A DNA stretch of 64,000 nt from Neoconidiobolus thromboides FSU 785 (lineage: Eukaryota > Fungi > Entomophthoromycota): assembly GCA_025603075.1 (NCBI GenBank), contig MU626270.1, positions 124,001 to 188,000 on the forward strand, in the 5' to 3' direction. Made by a program: the position numbers and the translations under genes. Below are positions 23,301 to 35,793 of the stretch, piece by piece (position 1 is the stretch's first letter; the number at the start of each line of letters is the position of its first letter). Below the pieces are notes generated by a model. It saw nothing but the letters and a program-made list of their open reading frames with translations. It was not told where the DNA came from and did not search any database.

Positions 23301-24979
23301 TAATGGATTATTAACTGTTTACATGGAACCTTATCCATTTAAATTAGATTATCAATTTATTTTAGATACTATAAAGTAAGTTTAATAATATATAATATAA
23401 TGTATGATATAATATTAATATCAATATTAATATTTATTTAATTTAGTATGAATAATATTCAATATTTACAGATCAAAATGAATACAATTAATAAAACAAC
23501 AGGATATAAAATAGAATCAATTCAATTATTTAAAAAATCGATAATTGAAAATGAATTGAATCATGATCTTTCTTTACTAAGAAAAAGAAAAATTAATGAA
23601 GATTGGTTGAATCCTGTTTTTAATGATGAAGAATATTTTGTATTATTACCTAATCACACATTAAACTATTTATTTAATTTTCAATATTTTAATAAGAATG
23701 GTAAATAACACATAAAATAGGTATCAATGGAATAGAGATTAACATGACTTATATTTATTTAGATAATGATATTTATTTTGTTAAAATTAATTATACCACT
23801 TATAAAAAAGGTAACAATAGAATATTAATATTAACAATAGAATATAAACTAATACTATTTTTAACTTAATAGAAATACAATTAGTAATTAAAAAATTAAT
23901 CAAAAGTTATTTTAAAATGTCAATTGATAGTGAAACAATATTTAAAACATTACAACAATTAATCTTAGAATCAGGTCGAATTTTAGATTATGTAATTACT
24001 GGTCAGTTAAATTTAAAAGATATATCTATACTGGATTTGGATTTTTCTTATATTTTAAATGAAATTGATATTCCAAAAGTTAAACAAAAAATGATTGGGT
24101 TTTTAAAGGTAACAAGTTTTAGTAAAATAGATACAAACTTAAATATTATTATATATTTTTATAGAAATATTCAATATTGGAACAAAACGAAATTGAAGAA
24201 ATATTAAAAGAAAATGAATTAATACAATATAATAGTTTAATATTTCAACAAGAGATAAAACTACCTAAAGTAAGTAATAAAACTAGAATTAATAAAAATT
24301 AAAGATTAATTAGTAAAAATCATTTTTATTATTTTAGAAATGGTTGTCTATTGAAATTCAAAAGATACCTTTAAAAATGAAACTAGGGGAACATTATTCA
24401 ATTGAATATCATTTAAAAAATTTAAATCAATCTATTAATGAATTATGGTTTAAAATTAATAATAATAATGAAGATTGGATAATTACTGGAAAAATTAAAT
24501 TTAAACTAGAATTCGATGTAAGCTTTACTACTATATAATAATAATACTAATAATGATACTAATATATTTTAATATAGGAACAAAATCAAACTCATGTTGT
24601 TAATATTACAATTACCCCACTAAAATCAGGCTATTTAAAATTACCTCAATTACAAATATTAAAAGAAAATCTTCATGGGTTAATCAATACCTCTAATAAT
24701 AATAAATTTATCCCAACAATTACTAATAACACTAATAGTAATAATAGTAAACGAATGATACCTAAACCAATATTTACTGGAATTACTGATACTATTAATA
24801 ATAATAATAATAATGAAGATTTGATTATTTTTGATAAATCTTGTTTATTACAAGTATTAGTTAATGATCGAATGGAATGTTTTCCAATTACATTAGAACA
24901 TACTGAAGAGAGCGAAGTTAAATCCATGCAATCATTGAGTTCCCCATTAGGTAATTTATCCTTTTTGACTTTGGAGTAG
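20400..24979 (+). CDS. TRS130: TRAPP II subunit Trs130/TRAPPC10 (many exons)
   Basis: QDPFGIWERFEKEISEFLPLQSL..RLPSRPL, PYNHLFLVRYESIETYRTVVRPQIRAWL, GWNINPFFIIKDSIA, YDELEAL, and C-terminal QLPPLKSGYLKLPQLQI. Confidence 0.88.
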
Positions 24980-25423
24980 AAAGGAGAAAGAGAGGGTTTA
25001 TATAAATATATATAATAAAATTTATAATTTTTTATATATTAATTTTATAATTGCTTAGCTAATTGAGTTCAAATATTAGAATATTATCTTTAATCGTTAT
25101 CTTTAATTCAAACTGTTATTAATTTTCGTAATAAACAAAGTTGGAGATAACTTTAATTTGGGATTTTTTTTCAAAAATAAGTCAAATTTCTAAATATAGA
25201 AATGAAAGTTCCTTAACAACTTTTTCAAAAAAACTAATGAATTGCCACACTTAATTAAGGAACCTAAATTTTAACCAGAATTTTTTTAGCTAAATTTAAC
25301 ATTTTTAGTTTTAATTGAGTTTTTTTCTATAAAAAAAAGAAGAGAGATAGAATTCCATTAACAATTTAACTAAGTAACTTAAAAATAAAACACGAAAAGA
25401 TCAAATAATAAAGGAAAAAAAGG

Positions 25424-27016
25424 ATGAATTTTTATGATAGAATACAAGATATTGTAAATGACCCAGTAAATGGACGTACTTTAATTGGTGTCTTATTATC
25501 CGTAGTTGGGAATGTAATTCAATATAACTAACAACTTTAATAACTATTATTAACTAATTCATTCTTTTAATTAAATTATCTCAATAATTAACTAGATATT
25601 AATTTCTGTTGCTTTGAATATTCAAAAATATGCACATAATCGAATTCAACAAAGGATAAGAAATGGTGAGTTACAAGCTTTATTACAAAGTAATAGTAGC
25701 AGAAATAATGGGAATTACGCTAATGTTGATAACAATGGATTAAATGAAGAATTGGAAATTAATGAATATGGGACAGAGACAAATATTAAACCTAAAAACA
25801 AAAATTATTTAAAAAGTAAATTTTGGTGGTTGGGTTATATATTAATGAATTTAGGTAAGTTTAATTGTATTACTTTATAAATGAACATTTTATTAATATT
25901 AATATGAAATTCCTATTAGGCGAAGTGGGTAATTTTTTAGGTAATTTTAAGTCTTTAGTTTTAAATTGAAAATAATTCAACATATTACTATTTATTAGCT
26001 TATGGCTTTGCACCAGCAAGTACAGTGGCTCCTTTAGGTACAGTTGGATTAATTTCAAACGCTCTAATAGCACCCTTTTTCCTTGGCGAAAAATTTCGTA
26101 AAAGAGATTTTTTTGGTATATTATTAGCTATGTCGGGGGCTATTATGGTAGTTATGACTTCTAAAAACACAGAATCAAATGTAAGTGAATTGATTGATTT
26201 CTATTTAATTAAGTATAGAAATTAATAATTGTTTTTATTTAAATTTTTAGTTACCTGAAGATGGATTTTTCGATTTATTTTTTCGATCTAAAGTCATGAT
26301 TTATATTGCTACTTGTATTTGTTTAATGGCTTTATTTTTAAGTATATCTGATACATATGGAAAAAAATTTGTTGTTATTGATATCTCAACTGTAGCTTTA
26401 TTTGGTAATTATTTATTTCATATTGTATAAAAGACGATAAAATTAATAATATAAAATCAATGAATTAATTAATAAAAATAATTTAGGTGGTTTTACAGTA
26501 TTAGCTACTAAAGGAGTATCTTCTTTACTTAATAGTATGAAAATGAAAGCTTTTATTTACCCTTCTTTTTATTTTATGATTACTATATTAATAGCTACAG
26601 GTATTTTGCAAGTGAAATATTTAAATAAAGCATTACAATCTTTTGATTCCACAGTAGTTATACCAACTCAATTTGTTTTATTCACACTCTCCGCTGTGAT
26701 TGGCTCTGCTATATTATTTGATGAATTTGAAGCATACACATTGGAGCAATATATTACCTTTATCTTTGGATGTTTATTGACATTTGTTGGGGTTTATTTA
26801 ATTGCTAGTGAAAGGGGAAATGAAAATCAAGATAAAATGGGACCTTTATTTTCGGATGGAGAATCAACACATTCTAGAGAATCTTCAAGTTCGTCTAATT
26901 ATAAAATGGGCTTCGGGATCCCAATTGGAAGCAAAGATAATAGATCAAGTTCAAGAGCTTTTTTAAATAAGAATCATGTCACTGGATTAGCTTCCGTTGG
27001 TTTATCTTATTCTTAA
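25424..27016 (+). CDS. NIPA-family (DUF803) Mg2+ transporter-like membrane protein (multi-exon)
   Basis: ALNIQKYAHNR, WWLGYILMNLGEVGNFLAYGFAPASTVAPLGTVGLISNALIAPFFLGE, LQVKYLNKALQSFDSTVVIPTQFVLFT. Confidence 0.92.
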
Positions 27017-27136
27017 TTAAGAATAATCTAACTGATTTGATTTTGTTTATCATTGTTTTTATATTTAGTTAGAAGTTTTTTTTATATTAATAAAAAAGTA
27101 GCTATTATTTTAATTAATAAAGTTTTATTTATTTAT

Positions 27137-28902
27137 TTATTTAAAAAGTACACTTTCTAAATTAGGATTAATATTGGAAGGATTAGAAGATGTTGGATTA
27201 ATGATTTTAGTTTCAATCTTATGATTATTTAAAAATTGATTAATTATAATATCGGAACCCCTGCTTGCAGGCAATTTTAAATCGTAAACTTTAGATTCTA
27301 ATTGTTTTGTTAATTCTTGAATTTTTGGATCACTTGATAATCTAATAAAAAAATAATTAATAATATTAATAATATTAATAATATTAAGTTTGTAATAAAT
27401 AAACAAAAATTAATAATAAAATTAACTTACTTAGTTAATAAGGAAGAAGTCACTTCTCTCCACATCCATCGAATTTGTTGCTGACCACGTTTGTTTTTTT
27501 TAATATTATTATTTGATATAAAATTATTAAATAAATTCAAATTCTCCCATACTTCTTGAATACCTTCTTTTTTTAAAGATGATATTTTCAATACCTAATT
27601 TAGTTAAAAATGAATATTCATATTAATAAAATTTTAATCAAATAAAATAATTGTAAAAGAAATAACATTACTTTTGTTTCCCATCCCATCGTATTTGGAT
27701 GCATAAATTTCAAGGCACTTATTAATTCAGTTTGTGCTCTTGTAGCGCTATTAATTAAATCACCATCCGCTTTATTGACTATAATTATATCACTCATTTC
27801 CATAATTCCTTTTTTCATGCCCTTTAATAGTAATAAAATATTAAATTTTAATTTAATCTAAGGTTTAAAAAAAATTAAGTTACTTGTAATTCATCACCAC
27901 CAGCTGGTGGTACTATTAAAGTAAATCTAGATCAAAATTAAATATTAATATCGAATTTCAATTAGTTAGTAATAATAATTAAACTTACACATCTACCATA
28001 TCCGCCACTACTGTCTCACTCTGTCCAACACCTACCGTTTCAACTAAAATGATATCGTAACCAGCAGCTAAAAGAATCAAAAAACATTATTTAATTTTTA
28101 ATTTTAATATAAAAAAGTTAATATTATTGGATTTACCTTCGCATAACAATATAGCTTCATTTGTGTTTCTAGCTACGCCACCCAAGGTGCCTCTTGATGG
28201 AGTAGGTCTTACATAAGCCATATCATTACGTGATAATTCATACATACGTGTTTTATCACCTAAAATACTACCCCCTGTTTTTGTTGATGAAGGGTCAACT
28301 GCCTAATTTTAAGTATTAATTAAACTAAATAGTAATAAACCATAATAATAATAATAATAAAAGTAATAATAATAATAAACTACAAAATAGTATCTATTTA
28401 AATTACTTATTAAATGATATAACTTACCAATACAGCTACTTTATAGTTTAATTTTGTTAAATGAGTACCAAAGGATTCGATAAAAGTTGATTTTCCCACT
28501 CCTGGAGAACCAGATAGCCCTATTCGATAGGTGTTTTTGAAATTTTTATTAGCTAGGATTTTATTTAGTAGTAATTTGCTCTCTGCTTGATGATCTAAAC
28601 GAGTGGATTCAACTATAAAAATGATTAAAAGATAATTTAAAGAAGATAAATAGGGTATTAGGATAATCAATAGATGATATTACCTAATGTTATTGCTCGA
28701 GATAAAGAAAACCGATCACCCTTTACTAAACCTTCATAAAGATTAGAAGATAATTCATAATTATAGGAATTAGAATTGCATAGTGTGGAAGTTGAGAATG
28801 TTAACTAAAATTTAATTAGATAATTTCAATTATTATTTATTTAAAATAATATTAAATTACTTTAAATAACTTATGATAATTATAATTCTTTTTTAATAGC
28901 AT
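27137..28902 (-). CDS. MMAA: Methylmalonyl-CoA mutase-associated GTPase MMAA/MeaB (multi-exon, mitochondrial presequence)
   Basis: [93 protein letters not shown]. The ATG at 28902 gives a basic N-terminus. Confidence 0.95.
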
Positions 28903-29085
28903 ATTTTAAATTACTTATGATTTCAAAAAATAAATTGAATAAAATAACAATTGTTTTATTTTTTTAAATTTAAGAATTCGAAATATTTTAACGTCATTAA
29001 AATAAATTTGAACTGCATAATTTAAAATTACACTTCTTATTTTTTATTGTTCCTTTCTTTAATAATAAAATAAGTAGTTGATTAT

Positions 29086-30676
29086 ATGGAATTTAAGTTA
29101 CAAAATAAAATTGAATCTATAACTGATGAAGAAGTAAATGAATCTCAATTGCAATCTATTATCAATGAATTTTATCCTACTATTAATATTCTACCAACTG
29201 AACATAATCAATTTGAAGGAATCAAAGAATATTGTAATTTAATTGAAAGTAACAGTTGGGAATTAATTCATTATATTGAAAAAGAAATCCATAATTTAAC
29301 AGAAGATATTGAACAAGAGATACAAATTATTGATAATAATTTACCTAAATTAACATTAGATTTAAATTTAATTAAATATAAAATAGAAAGTTTAAAAGCA
29401 AAGATTTTAGAATGTGAAATGGAAATGAAGATAGATAATGCTATTAACAAAATCACAGAGAATAGTTATTATACAGAATTAATTCAATTGACCACAGAAC
29501 AAAAAGATATTGAAAACAAAATTGAAGAGTTAAATTTAGATGCCTTTTGGAATAATTTAGAAAAAGAAATTATATTAGCTTTAGAACAAAAAAATTATAT
29601 AGTTGCATCCAAGAAATATAAACAAGCTGAATTGAATTTAGAAAATCAATTGAAAATCAATAATCAAGAAAAACAAGATAGTAGAAAAAAAGTGTTGAAT
29701 TTATGTTTACAAAGAATTGAAAGTGTATACAGACAAGTATTAACAGAAGGAATTAAAAATCGAGATAAATTAGTGACTAAAAATTTATTAACGGGATATT
29801 CAGTATTAGGAAATGAAGATAAAGTATATAACAAAATTATTAAAGAATTTTGTTTTAGTATAGTAGTTAATTTTAAATCAGAATATAATAAAGGTATTGA
29901 AACATCAGATATGAAAATCAATTTATTAAAAAAATATTTAAATGACATATTAGAAAAAATTAATGAAGAAATTGAATGGTGTTTATTAGTATTTGAAAAA
30001 GAGGTATATAAACTAATTACTAAATTAATAGTGAATTTTTTAAATCATTTAAAAAGTTATTTTTTTCAAAATGAAGAAAATGAAATAATGTTATCATATT
30101 TTAATTTAATTAATGAATTTTTAATTAAAATTGAAAGAGTAATCTATTTTCATTGTGTTAAATATTCAAATGAAAATAAAAAAGAAATGGAAAATATGGA
30201 AGATGAAGAAGATAATTTATTAACAATTAGTCAATTTAAATGCTCCACTTTATTTGAATATTGGTTATTAAACTTAGTACCTATTTTAAGTATGTTTTTA
30301 AAATATCAACAAGAATATTATAATCAAAATAATAAATATATCTTATTTAGTATAGAATTTGGTAGAGAATTAATTAAAAAAGACAAGAAATTTACATTTG
30401 GTTATAATTTATTAGGACTATTAAATTATATTCAAAATATAATTAAAAATACATTAAATCAAATTAATAATAATAGTAATAATCAGTTACAACAATCAAC
30501 AATAGTCAACTGGAATAGAATTCAAGAATTAATTAAAATGAATGAAAAATTTCTTAACATTCAAAAGGAATTTACCCAGTTAATTGAAGAAATGAATTTA
30601 GAGTATAATTATTTAACAATAATTAATGATTTGGATATTAACAATATGAAATTAGAAGATTATGAAATGATATTAG

Positions 30677-30715
<39 letters not shown>

Positions 30716-31614
30716 GTAATAATAATAATAATAATAATAATCCAATTAAAGTAGCCTTAGCTACTATTAAAAATTGTCAACAGAGTGAAATAATGAATAA
30801 TAAAGAATTCAAACAAATAATTGAAATGATCAAATTGAATAAATTTAATGAAATTAAAGTAAATCAAGATATTTATAACCAAATCAATAATGAAATTCAA
30901 TTAATATCTAAACAATTATTTGAATTAGTCAGTTGTCCTATTTTGTTAAAAATTGATAATATGAGTGAAAAGAATAATAATGAAAAGAATGGTAATGAAA
31001 GCAATTTATTTTCTTTAGCACCTAATAGAAACATATTGGAAATTGGAGAATATTTGTTAACGTTGCCTCAAAGACTAGAAGTTTATCTAGATGATTTGGG
31101 CTTTTTAGTTACACAGAAGTATTTTAATAATAATAACAATAATAATCAAAATAAACAAAAAGTATTAAATCAATGGATTAACGAATTGAGTCAATTAACA
31201 ATGAGTTATTATTATCAACGAATAACAGTTAATTATATTAAATTAGAACAATTAAAAATTGATTGTTCCTATTTGTTAAATGTAATTATGGCCTTATCAA
31301 TTAATCCAATATTAGATTTAAAATTATTATTAATTGCTTTAAATTTGAACTATAATCAATTAATTTTATTAATAAAAAACATTCAATTCAATGAGAATAT
31401 TTATACAAATGAATCTTATCTTAAGGTGTTAAATTTATTATCTGATCAATTTAAAGAATTTAATTTAATAGATATCTTAAATAATAATGATAAAGATAAG
31501 GATAAAGATAAGGATAAAAATAAGGATACTAATATTATAACTACTAATTATACCTCTAATCAAATTCATGATATAGTAATTAATATATTAAAGAGTATCA
31601 ATCAATTAAAATAA
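29086..31614 (+). CDS. COG7: Conserved oligomeric Golgi complex subunit 7 (single exon, 842 aa)
   Basis: The C-terminal signature FSLAPNRNILEIGEYLLTLPQRLE and EQLKIDCSYLLNVIMALSI match COG7. It also has an N-terminal coiled coil. Confidence 0.8.
30679..30741 (+). repeat. (AAT)n trinucleotide tract encoding poly-Asn in COG7
   Basis: About 21 codons of AAT with one AGT interruption. Confidence 0.9.
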
Positions 31615-31660
31615 ATGAATAATAATAATATAACACTTATTATTACTTAATATAATTTTA

Positions 31661-33495
31661 TTATTCAAGTATAATATACTTTTTTAAGTCTTGTGGTATA
31701 GCCGATAATAAACCTTTTGATTCTAACCATTTATAACCTAATAATAATAAATAAATAAATTATTGTTAGTATTTTCTTATTTCTTATTAATATATTAAGA
31801 ATCAAATTTTACTAAATAATCTAGATTGATATCGATATGCTCCATCACATAATAATGTTACTATCCTTTTACCTAGTTAAATTTTAAAATTTACTTTGTT
31901 TATTATTATTATTATTGTTATTTACCAGGTCCTTCTCTTTTAGCTACTTCAACTGCTGCAGCTGCATTTAATGCTGATGATGCACCAACATATATACCAT
32001 CATTATGAAGTAATTTATAGACCTTAAAATAATAATAATAAATCAAATTTTCCTATCAAATTAGTAATTAATTTTACCATTTCAATTGAAGCTTCATCGG
32101 GTACAGTAAAAGCCTCATGAACTAAATTTAAATCCTCTTTTAAATTATTTGTAATTCTTCCTTGGCCAATACCTTATAAAAAATATTATTGATATTAATA
32201 TGTTCATATCAATTGCTATTTATTATTGTTGATTATTGTTCAAAATTTACCCTCTGTAATTGAAGAACCTTGTCTTTCAAATAATTTACCACCAGATGTA
32301 AAATAGGAAGTTAATACAGAGCCTGGTGGATCCGCTAAATAACAATGAATATTTTTATCTTGCTTTTTTAAATAAGAGGAAATTCCAGCAAAGGAACCAG
32401 CAGTTCCAGTAGCACATGTAAAAGCATCAATTTTTCCTATTTTAATATTAATAAAAATGAAATTAATATCAACCAATTTTGTCCTTTATATTATTATTAT
32501 TATTATTATTAGATCTATCTTTTCTAAAATTACTAATTTTTAGTATTATTAATACTCACCTTCAGTTTGTTTCCAAATTTCTGGTCCTGTTGTTTCAATA
32601 TGTGCTCTTCGATTAGCTGTATTATCAAATTGATTAGTCCATACTGCATTTTCTAATTTTTCAGCATGTCTTTTAGCTTGATGATTATAATTTTCTGGAT
32701 TTTCAAAAGCAACTGCTGGTACTGGATAAACTTCAGCGCCTAAAAAATAAAATTGAGGATTTGTTTTTGAAATCATCATTTGATTATTCTTTACCTAACA
32801 TTTTTAATAAATCGATTTTTTCTTGACTCTATAGAATAATATACAGATTATAATCAATTATTTAAATAATGTCAAAGATTGAAATAATCTCACCTGTGTA
32901 TTAGGCATATAAATTACACATTTGTAACCTTTAGCTCGACATACATGTGCAAGACCAATACCAGTATTACCTATTTAAGCCAAAATCAATCAAAATCAAT
33001 CAAAACCTTCACCATCATATCCCTATTTCAAATCTCCCTCAACAATCTCTACTATTCATCCAAAATTTTCAAAAATAAGAACTTACCAGCAGTTCCTTCT
33101 ACTACAGTACCACCAGGTTTTAATAATCCTTTTTCTTCAGCATCTAAAACTACATATAATGCAGCTCGATCTTTTACCGAGCCACCAGGATTCATAAATT
33201 CTGCTTTAGCTAATATCTCACATCCAGTTTCTTTACTTAAGGAATTAATTCTTATCTAAATAAACAATAGTTAAAAGGCTAAGATGAATTTAGAATTCGA
33301 ATACCAATGGTGTGTTTCCAATCGCTCCAATAAAACCATTGACAGGCTGGAAATGAAAAGAAATGAGTGAGATTTAATTATTAAATTCAATGAATTCATA
33401 TTTACTTTATTTGGAGTCAATAATTCAAACGGAGAAGTGGAATACTTTTTTTTGAATATATTAACCTTGGGTTTAATTGTTTTTAGTACTTTCAT
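31661..33495 (-). CDS. Cysteine synthase (O-acetylserine sulfhydrylase, PLP-dependent; fungal CysB/Cys11 type; multi-exon)
   Basis: [86 protein letters not shown]. Confidence 0.95.
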
Positions 33496-33807
33496 TTGGA
33501 TTGCTTATAAAAAATAATTAAATTTTTTGCCACGTAAGTTATTGAGTTTTTATACTGGTTTTTTTCGAATGGTGTCACTTTTTAGCAATATGTTGTCATT
33601 GGTGCCATTTCTCGCATTTAATGCTAGGATTTATTACTAATAAGTATAATAAGAGAATATAATAAAATTAAACAAGTATAGAAGAGTAATATGATAAAAA
33701 AAAACCAAAATGAACAGTATTTTTTTAGCTATTCGATAAAATAAAATAAAATAGATAATAACAAATGTCCTTTATCACTCACATATTCAAAGAATCTTTT
33801 TATTTTT

Positions 33808-34361
33808 TTAATCCTCTTTAATTTCAGCCCACAATTGGTCAATCTCTTTGATTTTTTCTTGAATAAATTTAATCACTAATTTCCTTTGACTTCTTACTTC
33901 AGGTAAATGAGTACACTCAATATCATCCAGTTTAATTAAATTGGTTAATAGCAGTTCACTTAATTTAACGTGGTCTAATTTAATCTCTTCTTTTAACTTT
34001 GCAGTTTTTTCACCAGCTTTATATAAATCTAATTTGGTGATAAATTTAGGGTAGATCAACTCAATTTTACCTTCACTATCAGCTTTTATAGAGTTAAGCT
34101 TCTTTATGTGACGTTCTTCTTCTGTTAATTCGGGCTGCGATAGGGGAATTAGATTTACTATTTTTTTAAAAAATAGATTGTAATGAGTTACCTCCACTTT
34201 TTTAGTTTTCACTTTCTTATCATTGATATTTAATAAATAGTAACCTAAACCTACAACTATTATGGAGGCTATTACATAATTTATTGGTATCTTTATAGTA
34301 GTTTGTTAGTATTGTTAATTTTTGTTTTTATTTGATTCTTTACTTCATTTAGTTGTATCAT
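33808..34361 (-). CDS. Membrane-anchored BAG-domain Hsp70 co-chaperone (Snl1-like; 2 exons)
   Basis: Exon 1 is MIQLNE, then an intron with an ACTAAC branch site. Next come the TM segment YVIASIIVVGLGYYLL and the BAG motif LSELLLTNLIKLDDIEC...VRSQRKLVIKFIQEKIKEID. Confidence 0.8.
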
Positions 34362-34676
34362 TTTGTAAAACTAACCAAGAAATTTTAAGTCGAATTACCA
34401 AATTAAATTTGATTGAATTTTTCATGAAATTTAATTTCACTTAAAAATGTTAAATCATACTCGGTTTGTTTCATATCAACTGTCACATTTTTTCCACAAT
34501 TTTGGTTAATAAATTTGACAACTAATATGAAACGAATTGAGTGATGATAAAGTACAATAAATCTTAATAAAGTAATATAATAAAGTAGTAGTATAGCAAA
34601 ATAGTAAGAAACATTTTTAAACTTCAAAAAAATCTAATTCTTTTAATCTCCAAAAAAAGTACTCAAAAAAAATAAC

Positions 34677-35171
34677 TTATTTCTTCTTAAACAATGGCCC
34701 ACCAATATCTTTCCCTCTTAATTTAACGCCTAACACACGTTCAAGTTTACCGAGCAATTGTTGATTAGGTTGAGCACGACCCATTTCATAATCATTAATA
34801 ATATTAGCTTTTTCGTTGACTTTTGTAGCAAGGTCTTTTTGCGTTAACCCTTTTTCTTGTCGAAATTTTTGAATTGTTTTACCAACATCTAAGCTTAACA
34901 AAGCTGGAGCAACCGCATCTGTTTCAGCATCAATTTTAGCTTTACGTTGAAATTCAGCATCGGCGGATTTATTAGAACCTCCAGTGACTAAGGAAAATTT
35001 AATTTAGTTTTTCAGCATCAATAGCTTTTTTATAAAATATTAATACTTACATTTCTTTTCAGTAGATACACCACCAGCACGGAAGGCCTGATTAACAGCT
35101 GATGCTCCTTTAGCTACAGTAGCACGTTCTGGACGTTTACGAATTACAGTGACTTTATCCCAATCTTCCAT
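34677..35171 (-). CDS. MBF1: Multiprotein bridging factor 1 (2 exons)
   Basis: [13 protein letters not shown]...AKIDAETD...[26 protein letters not shown]...[28 protein letters not shown]. Confidence 0.96.
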
Positions 35172-35793
35172 GTTTTATTAATTTTATCAAATTTTACTTT
35201 ATTAAAAACTTCAAATCCAGTTTTTCTTCATCCTTTATATAGTTAGTCACCTCTCGAATTTGCTTATTTGCTTAGATCGAAATTGTTATTGTTTTAAATT
35301 AGTAGTCTTGATTTGTTGATTTTTGGATAAATTGCAAAGCTTCGATGACATTGAAGCTGCGAGTTCAACGTTATTCTTGAATTGCTGGTAAGCCTTTATT
35401 GGTAGGCTTAAACTTAATTTTATTCTAGTAAAATCTAGAAGAATTTATTAATTTAATAAATTTAAATGATCATGATTAAGCAATTTAAATATTGTATTAG
35501 ATTTTAAAATATAAAACCAATAGATTAATTATAGCTACTTTTAAATGTTAGACCATAATATCAGTATGAAATTTTAAATACCTATTTTAATATACTTAGT
35601 ATCTCCAAGATATATGATTAATGAATAAATACAATTCTTTTTATTTAAATTTAAATAAACTAGAAAAATATTGAAAAAACTAAAACTGGCAAAAAACTAT
35701 ATAACAAAGTACTATTTATTTGTTACTAAGACTTTTCATAAGGGATGTTCAAGAAGAGAGTAGAGTATATCATATTAGGCCTAAACTTTCAAT

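Noticed and set aside
35338-35450. Cluster of short hairpins upstream of MBF1 as a possible snoRNA/snRNA
   Set aside because: The stems are only 5-7 bp, and I found no convincing C/D, H/ACA or Sm motifs. No tRNA, rRNA or snRNA was recognised anywhere in the window.
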